IMG/VR virus record: IMGVR_UViG_3300042261_001430
Coordinates: 6,589 to 70,588 of that record
Reading direction: 5' to 3' (one strand)
DNA length: 64,000 bases
DNA from: a virus
Under the pieces are notes generated by a model, which searched no databases, was not told the DNA's origin, and saw only the letters and a list, made by a program, of their open reading frames with translations. A program made the translations under genes and the position numbers. Shown here in pieces: positions 41,022-49,093 of this stretch (positions are counted from its first letter, which is position 1; the number at the start of each line of letters is the position of its first letter).

Positions 41022-41784
41022 CATATTAAAGAATGCAGATGAGTTGGCATCGATTTGGAGAGAGTCGTATGCAGGCGATGCTATGATCCCGTTTGAAGAG
41101 TTTCATGCTGAGGGTATCAAAAAGAGCTTTTTTGAATTGCTCGATGAGGTTAAGAGGCTCAGGGAAGAAGTTAGTGACAAAAAGGAAGAAGTCGAGGATT
41201 GTAATGCAAGTGTTGATGCATATAAAGAAATGTTAAATAGAGTTGTTTCGTTGAAGGATCGCTATGGGATTTTGATTCGCGATCATGCTAGGGATAAGAT
41301 TAAGCTAAAGGCTGAGCGAGATGATTTTGAGAAAAAATATTTGTGGATGTGTAATAATGCGGCAAATGAAAAACTCGATGGGTACAGGAAGCTGGGACAG
41401 CGAGCGGCTGATGCCGAAAATCGGTGTGATGAACTTGAAAGATTGTATGGTATGTCAAAACGTACTATCGGTAGGCTTAGTGCTTCTCAGCAATCACTAT
41501 TAAGGGAAATTAGTTATTGGAAGGATGTCGCGACGGAGGAACACGCAAGAAGCATTCCAGCATGTTGTAAATACGATAGCATGGATGGAAAATGTGATAT
41601 TACTTCTACCGGTGGGTGGTGTAGTGATTGTTCTCAGCCCAATAAGATTCGCGAACGCGCACGAACAGAATTAATGAAGTCGTATAATGCTGGTTTTTTG
41701 GCATATATACCAAAGATGCCTTACAGACCGCCATTACCAAAACGATACTTTGCTGATATGCTAGAAGAGGAATTGGATGAGTGA
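41014..41784 (+). CDS. coiled-coil hypothetical protein
   Basis: Long heptad-rich region. Confidence 0.6.
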   Translation: MSDILKNADELASIWRESYAGDAMIPFEEFHAEGIKKSFFELLDEVKRLREEVSDKKEEVEDCNASVDAYKEMLNRVVSLKDRYGILIRDHARDKIKLKAERDDFEKKYLWMCNNAANEKLDGYRKLGQRAADAENRCDELERLYGMSKRTIGRLSASQQSLLREISYWKDVATEEHARSIPACCKYDSMDGKCDITSTGGWCSDCSQPNKIRERARTELMKSYNAGFLAYIPKMPYRPPLPKRYFADMLEEELDE

Positions 41785-41795
41785 GTGAAATAATA

Positions 41796-41811
41796 CCGAA
41801 AAGTATAAATA
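41796..41811 (+). promoter_or_regulatory. archaeal promoter for the ncRNA cluster
   Basis: CCGAAAAG-TATAAATA; hairpin GCGGTG-TGATGT-CACCGC at the predicted +1. Confidence 0.75.
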
Positions 41812-41856
41812 CTAGATGTGATATCTAGGTATTGTGCGGTGTGATGTCACCGCCTC

Positions 41857-41994
41857 GCCCAGATGGTCTAGTTAGGTCCATGACGCCAAAATTTCTGAGC
41901 TAGATATTCTCTTACATTTAATGATGTAGGTAGTGAATAGTTCAGTTACTCCTTTTTGGAAGGGGAAACTTGGGTTCAAATCCCAATCTGGGCA
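41857..41994 (+). ncRNA. tRNA-shaped Y-RNA-like RNA 1 (Gln(UUG)-like anticodon arm, ~63-nt insert after the D arm)
   Basis: Acceptor GCCCAGA/TCTGGGC+A, D arm, T arm TTGGG-TTCAAAT-CCCAA, arm CTCCT-TTTTGGA-AGGGG; shared 24-nt motif at 41929-41952. Confidence 0.8.
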
Positions 41995-41997
41995 TCG

Positions 41998-42110
41998 TCT
42001 CTAAGCAGTGAAGTTATCGGCTACTTCTGGTAAATACAACAACGCTCCCTGTAGAGGTGCAGGGACAATATATATTTAAGTGATGCTGATAGCGATTATT
42101 CTCTTTGAGA
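41998..42110 (+). ncRNA. Y-RNA-like RNA 2 (no tRNA module)
   Basis: Motif at 42004-42027; GTTATCGGC pairs with GCTGATAGC; internal hairpin TCCCTGTA/TGCAGGGA. Confidence 0.7.
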
Positions 42111-42127
42111 CACATAATTTTTGTTGT

Positions 42128-42258
42128 GGAGCAGAAGCGCGATAGGCTCAGCGCAACTAACACCGTGGCAGCAATTCTCTGATCAAATCGGTAGTGAATG
42201 CCACAGTTACTTCTTGCCGAAAAAAGAAATGGGAGAGTTCGAATCTCTCTCTGCTCCT
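42128..42258 (+). ncRNA. tRNA-shaped Y-RNA-like RNA 3
   Basis: Acceptor GGAGCAGA/TCTGCTCC, D stem GCGC/GCGC, T arm GAGAG-TTCGAAT-CTCTC, motif at 42190-42213; anticodon-like loop degenerate (8 nt). Confidence 0.78.
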
Positions 42259-42280
42259 TATTATAATATTTGAGGTTGTT

Positions 42281-42766
42281 ATGAAAGCACCGGATTATGA
42301 ACATATTAAAGAACTCGAAGTTGCGATAGATCGTATTATTAATCGTAATAATCGTATGATCATGGCGCGAAAAATGGAATCAAGTTGCGAAGCAGCGGCT
42401 AGTCTTTCTCTCACGGCTGGGATTTTAGAAACTCACGTTGGTAGATATTGTGCAATTCCTGAAATTCATAATAATGATGCGGCAGTCACAGAATCTAAAT
42501 CAGATTCAAATAGGAGTGTATCGTATGGGTTTGATTATGTTACTGGATGTCATGGTTTCTCAAGTTATGACATATGTTTCCAGCTAACAAATGACATGGA
42601 TGATATCATTAGATCTGTCCTTGCACCCAATGAATATGATTATAGTTATTGGAAATCCCATAGAATGGGATTCACGTCTCTGCCTTCATCATCAAATGAC
42701 AATGGCATGACATGGAAAAATTGTAACGAATTTAAATTCAAATCTCTTCATCGAAAGCCTAGTTAA
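42281..42766 (+). CDS. hypothetical protein with N-terminal PDY..I..LE motif
   Basis: GAGG RBS then MKAPDYEHIKELE; the track's upstream extension overlaps RNA 3. Confidence 0.6.
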   Translation: MKAPDYEHIKELEVAIDRIINRNNRMIMARKMESSCEAAASLSLTAGILETHVGRYCAIPEIHNNDAAVTESKSDSNRSVSYGFDYVTGCHGFSSYDICFQLTNDMDDIIRSVLAPNEYDYSYWKSHRMGFTSLPSSSNDNGMTWKNCNEFKFKSLHRKPS

Positions 42767-42804
42767 AACGAAATGCTTAAATAGTTGTAAGATAACAGAT
42801 GTTT

Positions 42805-42947
42805 GCTCGGTTAGCTCAGTCTGGTAGAGCGTCCGATTATGAGGCCGTATTCGAAATTTAGTTTATCCTCCTAGATTAGGTGGTATTGCAGAGTACGGAT
42901 ACTTCTTGAGGATCAGAAGGTCGCCGGTTCAAATCCGGCACCGAGCC
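42805..42947 (+). ncRNA. tRNA-shaped Y-RNA-like RNA 4 (insert within the anticodon loop)
   Basis: GCTCGGT/ACCGAGC, TAGCTCAGTCTGGTAGAGC D arm, AGGTC-GCCGG-TTCAAAT-CCGGC; motif at 42882-42905; own promoter at 42768-42783. Confidence 0.8.
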
Positions 42948-42973
42948 TTGCGGTGAAATATCCGCGATAAAAC

Positions 42974-43042
42974 GTGGGGTAGTGCAGAGAGCGAATACAT
43001 CTTTCGCTAAAAAGGACCATCGCTCTCGACTCTTCTCCTCAT
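42974..43042 (+). ncRNA. minimal Y-RNA-like RNA 5
   Basis: GTGGGG/CCTCAT closing stem, GAGAGCGA/TCGCTCTC helix, motif at 42978-43001. Confidence 0.7.
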
Positions 43043-43052
43043 GGTGATAATT

Positions 43053-44633
43053 ATGGGATACTTAAATCCGACAAAAAAGATAGAAGACACAAGCCACCTT
43101 AACTTTATGGGTGGAAGATCATACGACATCAATGATCCTGTATTGAGATTGAAAGTAGCGGCAGCTTCGTCATTCTTTGGTGAGCCAATGTATTACCATC
43201 GCGATGAGGAAGATAAGAGGAAGGTAAAGTTTAATCCAATATCGAGGCTCGACGACCGTCAGGTAGAACATCTGAGAAAAACGTTGGATGCTAAAGATCC
43301 TCGCGAGTGGCGTGGGATGACCCCAAAGACTTTGATGGAATCTGCTATCGATGCAGCTTTGAAGCACGATCCAATTGCTACACTGGAGCTTGCTATTCAA
43401 TTGAGGCATGTTGATAATATCAGAGTCACTCCTCAAGTAATTCTTGTAAGAGCTGCTAAGTTGCTGAAGGGCACCGGAGCTATCAGAGATTATGGTGCTG
43501 GAATTGTTAAGAGGTTAGACGAGCCTGCTATTGGTCTAGCGTACCAATTGAGTGAATTTGGAAAGCCAATACCAAACTCCCTAAAGAGGCTTTGGAAGGA
43601 TAAGTTAGAGGAAGCTGATGCTCCTTACCTCGCGAAATATCAGTTGGAAAACAGGTTTGTAAAAACCAAGGATGTTATCAAATTGGTTCATCCAAAATCA
43701 GATGCAGTTGATATATTCATGAAGGGTGAAGTTACCAATGATGGCAATACATGGGAAGCAATTGTTTCTAAGGGAGGATCAAATACCGAGAGTTGGACAA
43801 AAGCAGTAGGCATCATGCAACATATGGGAATATTGAGAAATTTGTCCAACCTAGTTAAGCATAAAGTGGACCCAAAATTATATGTGGATAAACTAATTGG
43901 TGGGGTAGCTGGTGGTCGTCAGTTGCCGTTCCGGTATCTTTCAGCATATAATGCAATTGAAAAGATTGCGCCGCCATCAGTCTTAGATGCCCTTGAATCA
44001 TGTATGGAGAAGGCCATTGAGAACGTGCCTACATTCGCTGGCAGAACAATGTCCCTATGTGATAACTCAGGGTCCGCTAGAAATACCACAACATCTTCAA
44101 TGGGTACCATGAGAATGTCAAAGATTGCCAATCTGAGCGCGGTAATTACTGGAAAGGTATCTGATGAAGGTTATATTGGTGTGTTTGGGGATAGGTTGGC
44201 AACTGCCGCTATTCGCAAGAAGGCATCAATATTCGATCAAGTAAAGGATGCTGATCAGGCCGGTTCCAAAGTGGGGCAATCCACTGAAAATGGTATTTGG
44301 TTGTTTTGGAAAAACGCAATCAGTAACAAGGAACATTGGGATAACGTATTCGTTTATTCTGATATGCAGGCGGGGCATGGGGGCCTATATGGTATAGATC
44401 CAAGCGAGTATCGTGACTATCAGTGGTTTGGTACACGAAATATTGACGTGCCAAAGTTAATTGCGCAGTATCGAAACAAAGTTAATTCAAATGTTAACGT
44501 GTTTTTGGTGCAGGTCGCTGGATATCAGGATACAATCATACCAGAGTTTTATAATAAGACTTATATATTGGGTGGTTGGTCCGCTGGAGTGTTGAACTTT
44601 GCTCATTCGATGATCGAGAGCAACCAACACTAA
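43053..44633 (+). CDS. Ro60/Rsr-family TROVE + vWA RNA-binding protein
   Basis: TROVE features (DPIATLELAIQLRH..NIRVTP, RLDEP, LAKYQ, KDVIKLVHPK, TWE, LRNLSNL, QLPFRYLSAY), vWA MIDAS CDNSGS, SDMQ; GGTGA RBS. Confidence 0.93.
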   Translation: MGYLNPTKKIEDTSHLNFMGGRSYDINDPVLRLKVAAASSFFGEPMYYHRDEEDKRKVKFNPISRLDDRQVEHLRKTLDAKDPREWRGMTPKTLMESAIDAALKHDPIATLELAIQLRHVDNIRVTPQVILVRAAKLLKGTGAIRDYGAGIVKRLDEPAIGLAYQLSEFGKPIPNSLKRLWKDKLEEADAPYLAKYQLENRFVKTKDVIKLVHPKSDAVDIFMKGEVTNDGNTWEAIVSKGGSNTESWTKAVGIMQHMGILRNLSNLVKHKVDPKLYVDKLIGGVAGGRQLPFRYLSAYNAIEKIAPPSVLDALESCMEKAIENVPTFAGRTMSLCDNSGSARNTTTSSMGTMRMSKIANLSAVITGKVSDEGYIGVFGDRLATAAIRKKASIFDQVKDADQAGSKVGQSTENGIWLFWKNAISNKEHWDNVFVYSDMQAGHGGLYGIDPSEYRDYQWFGTRNIDVPKLIAQYRNKVNSNVNVFLVQVAGYQDTIIPEFYNKTYILGGWSAGVLNFAHSMIESNQH

Positions 44634-44688
44634 TTTTTCTATTTTTTTCCGAAACCTTTTTATACTACTTTTTCTATATCCATTTCTC

Positions 44689-44913
44689 ATGATAATAACA
44701 TGTAGAGCATGCAATCGAATTATTTTTGTTGATACCAATTCTGTTGTAAAATCAGGAGACGTAGGACTATTTTTCAATACTTTTATGTGTCCTGCTTGTC
44801 AAAATGAGTTTGATATTCAGTGCTCGGAAGGCATTTATACTAGATACAAATTGAGAAAGATGTTTCCTGAGATGTATTGCTGGAAAAATGAAGATGGTAC
44901 CTATGATAGATAA
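44689..44913 (+). CDS. Zn-ribbon small protein (probably leaderless)
   Basis: CRAC...CPAC; ATG ~32 nt after the TATA box. Confidence 0.55.
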   Translation: MIITCRACNRIIFVDTNSVVKSGDVGLFFNTFMCPACQNEFDIQCSEGIYTRYKLRKMFPEMYCWKNEDGTYDR

Positions 44914-45016
44914 GTGTAAAATTTGTGGAAACGATACGACTATAATCGCGATTGCCGAAAGGTTTAAATAGTTTGTTTGCCTTTCGATATTGAAAATAAT
45001 ATTTTGGTGAGTAATA

Positions 45017-46231
45017 ATGGATGCGATAAATAATATAAGCAAGGAAGACATGCTAACTTTATATCATAAGTTAGGGTCGTTTGAAGAATGTGCAAAGAAG
45101 GTCAAGTGCAGTGCTCGCGCATGGGCTCAGCGTTGGGCAGTTTTGAATTGTGAAGATTTGATTGGATGTAAAGATTTTATGGACCCATGCATTAAACCAG
45201 CTCGCGGCGAGGGTCATGTAAATGCGAATTCATATCCAAAGAAAAAAGTAGCATCAGGAAAGTGCAAATGTACTAATTGCAATTGTGATAAAGAGGTTCT
45301 TATGCCGGTTTCAGACTCAGGTGGATGGGCAAATCCTGTTTCCTTGAATGGGACGTGTAATACATATTCAACCCTTATTAGCAAGTATATTAATAAAGAA
45401 AATGCCACTGTTGTACCCAAAGACGAATCAGAATGTAGAGAGTTTTGGGAGAAAGAAGCCACCCCTCTGAAGAGTGAGTATGACCCCAGCTCTGAGCGAT
45501 ATGAAATTGCCTTCATCTCAGACATGCATTTTGGTTCAACACATCAACAGTTAAATGTGTTAAATAATTTCGTTGAATTATGCTACGAAAGGGATATTAG
45601 GACACTCTTAAACGCCGGTGATATATCTGAGGGCCTGATGCCAAGGGTAGGCGCAAAAAATGATAGATTTTTGCATGTTATCGACGATTTGACCGATTAT
45701 TGCGTTGAAAATTTGCCAGATGGGTTTGATATTAATGCATTCATACTCGGAAATCATGATGATTCGATGGGTACTAGGTGTGACGGATTTGATATTGGTA
45801 AGGCAGTCGAAATGGCCCGTGGTGATTTGACATATTTGAAGTCAAATACTTTGCCGGACATGGTAAAGGTTGACGGCGGAATAAATGTTCAACTGTTTCA
45901 TGGCACGGGCGGATGTACTAAATTTAGATCAACCAGAACTCAAAATAAGACATTTGAGTTGATGGCAATGTCAAGGCAACCTGATATTATCGCATTTGGC
46001 CACTGTCATCTTACGAGCATGATCCCTAGATATTGTGGTACTTATGTCTATGGTTTGGGGTGTTTCCAATCACAAACAAAGTACCTCGCGGACAAAATGA
46101 TGGAACCTGATATCTGTGGCCTTATTGTAGGTTATAATATTAATGAGACCACGGGAAAGATGGTCAACGTTAGCTCTGAATTTGTTTATGCTGAAGAACT
46201 TGGCGGAATTCACAAAAACGATTTCATCTAA
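45017..46231 (+). CDS. calcineurin-like metallophosphoesterase with N-terminal HTH-like region
   Basis: SDMHFG, AGDISEG, GNHD, FHG, GHCH. Confidence 0.88.
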   Translation: MDAINNISKEDMLTLYHKLGSFEECAKKVKCSARAWAQRWAVLNCEDLIGCKDFMDPCIKPARGEGHVNANSYPKKKVASGKCKCTNCNCDKEVLMPVSDSGGWANPVSLNGTCNTYSTLISKYINKENATVVPKDESECREFWEKEATPLKSEYDPSSERYEIAFISDMHFGSTHQQLNVLNNFVELCYERDIRTLLNAGDISEGLMPRVGAKNDRFLHVIDDLTDYCVENLPDGFDINAFILGNHDDSMGTRCDGFDIGKAVEMARGDLTYLKSNTLPDMVKVDGGINVQLFHGTGGCTKFRSTRTQNKTFELMAMSRQPDIIAFGHCHLTSMIPRYCGTYVYGLGCFQSQTKYLADKMMEPDICGLIVGYNINETTGKMVNVSSEFVYAEELGGIHKNDFI

Positions 46232-46332
46232 CCTTTTTACTTTTTACAGCATTAGTACAATTGCTAGGAGGTTATTAAATTAAGAAGAGATCAGTACCGT
46301 TATTAGAACTAGCAAATACGACTAAAACCGAT

Positions 46333-47226
46333 ATGCTAAAGATTTATGCAAAATGTGGTGGAAAGTTTATAGATTGTGCGAAATCGATAAAGGTATCAAA
46401 GACCGCGTGGACAAAAAGGTGGTATGACATCGGTCTTAAAAAACCAGACATGTCGTTGAACTGGAAGATATCAGACGAAAATTATGATCAGGTTGCTATA
46501 ATAAGCGATCTCCACTTAGGAAATTTTTACCAACAGAGAAAATGCATAAATAATTTCATAAAAATTTGTAAAGAAAGATCGATAGATACACTGCTTTGTG
46601 GTGGGGATATAACAGATGGTATGATGAACTACCCAAGCCACGAGAAAGAGAGGTTCTTACACTCTCCATATTCTTATGAAGAGTACTGTGAGGATAATTA
46701 TCCTGATGGTTTTAAAAATAATTGTATTATATCAGGAAATCATGACAATAGCCTCACTGCATATGAAAACAGCAGTTATGATTTTTGTAGAAGTTTATCT
46801 AAGGTCAGAAAGGATCTGATCTATCATAAAGCCGGTGATGATAACGTTACCAAGGCGTTTGACGTGGCTGGCGGCGTAAAAATTTTGCTTTATCATGGAA
46901 GCAATTGCGCGAATCCTGCAATCGGGCAAAAACGCGAACCGAGGCTTCAACAAAAGACGGCAGAAATGCTATCAAACGATAGCAAATTTAACATTGCTAT
47001 CTATGGGCATTGTCATAGAAGGTGTACAACGAATTTCATGGAAAAATATATTCTTGGAGTTGGATGTTTCATTGCTGATACCCCATATCAAGTTGATCGG
47101 GGAACGCATGGAGATATATGTGGATTAATATTAAAATATGCTTCTAATAAAGGTGAGGTCACAGCAATGGAGGCCGAGTATATAACACTAGAGAGTTTGG
47201 GCGGCATTCGACGGAGGGACTTTTAA
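46333..47226 (+). CDS. calcineurin-like metallophosphoesterase (tandem paralog)
   Basis: SDLHLG, GGDITDG, GNHD, YHG, GHCH. Confidence 0.88.
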   Translation: MLKIYAKCGGKFIDCAKSIKVSKTAWTKRWYDIGLKKPDMSLNWKISDENYDQVAIISDLHLGNFYQQRKCINNFIKICKERSIDTLLCGGDITDGMMNYPSHEKERFLHSPYSYEEYCEDNYPDGFKNNCIISGNHDNSLTAYENSSYDFCRSLSKVRKDLIYHKAGDDNVTKAFDVAGGVKILLYHGSNCANPAIGQKREPRLQQKTAEMLSNDSKFNIAIYGHCHRRCTTNFMEKYILGVGCFIADTPYQVDRGTHGDICGLILKYASNKGEVTAMEAEYITLESLGGIRRRDF

Positions 47227-47324
47227 ATGATAACAATTCATCGAGAGGAAATAAAAATACCATCTGGAATATTCGAAGTTATTATTTTGGATGAAGAGTG
47301 CGAAGATTTTAGGTATGATAATAT

Positions 47325-47963
47325 ATGATAATAAGAGATTCAAATTTTTTTGGAACAAAGGAAACCGATCATGGGAGATATTACTATCTGAAGAATGATC
47401 CAAATACATTGTTTCCAAGTGTGTCAACAGTTGTTAAAGGGAGTAATAAGTCGGGTGGGTGGTGTTCACCATATGCAGCGATTGGAAGCATTGTACACTG
47501 GCGAATCTTGAAATGCTATGCTGATAGACAGTTGCCAAGGCCCACGGACCCAATATATAAGATGGCCCCAGACGAGGCCCGCAGGAGAATCGAGGCTTGC
47601 GTCGCGATGTGGGACAAACTCCAGTTGAAGATAAAACCGATATGCGTAGAAACCGCACTATTTTCCGATGATCCGAGGATTGCGGGTAGAATGGACATGT
47701 TTTGCAGACTGGATGGCAAGAGGACTCTTCTCGATATCAAGACGGGAAAGGAGTATAAAGAAAACTATACACAAACCTCAGCCTATGTACACATGTTGAA
47801 GTGGGCAGTCGATCAGGCAGCTCTCGTTTATCTAGATGCTGATTTGACTAGAAACCCTGAGCAGCTAGGAAGAGTTAAGATCATAGAAAAGGGTGAGCTG
47901 AAAGAACACTTCGATGTTTTTAGAAATAAATACCTCGACTTTGAGATGCCAGAAGCAATTTAA
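47325..47963 (+). CDS. PD-(D/E)XK exonuclease
   Basis: PSVSTV, GSIVH, VET, AGRMD, DIKTG, QTSAY. Confidence 0.8.
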   Translation: MIIRDSNFFGTKETDHGRYYYLKNDPNTLFPSVSTVVKGSNKSGGWCSPYAAIGSIVHWRILKCYADRQLPRPTDPIYKMAPDEARRRIEACVAMWDKLQLKIKPICVETALFSDDPRIAGRMDMFCRLDGKRTLLDIKTGKEYKENYTQTSAYVHMLKWAVDQAALVYLDADLTRNPEQLGRVKIIEKGELKEHFDVFRNKYLDFEMPEAI

Positions 47964-48076
47964 AACAGGTGGCAGTGATTGGGAGGGGATTGGTGTAGCA
48001 TTGACCAATCACATCACTGCCAATTACACTTATAGAACATTATTCTATTTACAGTTTTCGGTCGGAGGTAATATCA

Positions 48077-49093
48077 ATGGTAAGCAAAGACGAATTGAGA
48101 GAGTATCATAAAAAATATTATATAAAAAACAAAGAAAAACTGATGGAATATAGTAAGAAATACAATGAAGAAAACAAGGAAAAACGGGCAGCATACAAAA
48201 AAGAATACGATTTGAAAAATAAGGAAGAAATATTAATAAAGGCAAAAGAATACCGTTTGAAAAATAAGGAAAAAATATCCGCATAAAGGAAAGAACATCG
48301 TCTAGCAAATGCTGATTGTTTAGAATACAAAGAGCATCTAAAAGAGAGACAAAAAAAGTTCTATTTAAACCATAGAGAGGAGTTGCTGGAAAAGAACAAA
48401 GCATATCGTTCAAAAAACAAAGAAAAACTGGCAGAAAATTACAAGGAATACTACTTAAAAAACAAAGAAATTGTAAAAGAAAAAAATAAGAAATATTATG
48501 CTGATAACAAAGAGAAAATAAAGGATCGGAACAAGGAATCACGAAAGATATATTATAGTAATATCGAGAACAGGAATAAAAAAAAGGTATATAACGATAG
48601 GTACTATAAAGAACATTGTGGTGATATGAAAAAAAGCAAAGGTAAGTGTCCTCAATGTGGGGTTGTGTTTGATGCTTGGTCAGAGAAATCAAAATTTTGT
48701 TCTAAAGCATGCAGTAGTAAATACAGGAGTGGTTCAAAGTCTCCAAGTTGGAAAGGGGGAATATCATTTGAACCTTATTGCCCACTGTTTAACAAAAATT
48801 TAAAGATGCGTGTTAGGGAATTTTTCGATAATCAATGTGTAATTTGTTCGCGATCTAAAGAAGAAAACGATAACAAGAACCTTTCTGTGCATCATGTAGA
48901 ATACAACAAAAACGCATGTTGTGATGGCAAAAGAGTGCATTTTGCAGCACTGTGTGGAAAATGCCATTCGAAGACTAATCATGACAGGGAGCGTTGGGAA
49001 GCCATGCTGCACCGAATAATTGATGAAATTTATGATGGAAAGTCCTATTATGGGAAAGAAGAATGGGATTACATTTGTCAAGAAGTTGGGTAG
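48077..49093 (+). pseudogene. HNH-like endonuclease with K/E/Y/N-rich repeats, interrupted by one in-frame TAA (48284-48286)
   Basis: 48077..48286 and 48383..49093 share a frame, and the frame is open between them; C-terminal WKGG..CVIC..LSVHHVEYNK..LCGKCHSKTN. Confidence 0.7.

Noticed and set aside
42014-42304. Minus-strand ORF and the 42194 start of the plus-strand ORF
   Set aside because: Both overlap the structured RNAs; the plus-strand gene has a better RBS and start at 42281.
41857-42947. Ordinary intron-containing archaeal tRNA genes
   Set aside because: I could not draw a canonical 3-4-3 bulge-helix-bulge at the junctions. In RNA 4 the bulges lie on the wrong side of the 4-bp helix. 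The inserts share a conserved motif with two non-tRNA elements, and RNA 3 lacks a 7-nt anticodon loop. Not fully excluded without an EndA test.
41929-43001. CRISPR array from the five 24-nt motifs
   Set aside because: The copies are degenerate, irregularly spaced and embedded in RNA structures; there are no cas genes in the window.
47325-47963. Cas4 call
   Set aside because: PD-(D/E)XK core only; the C-terminal Cys triad of Cas4 is missing.
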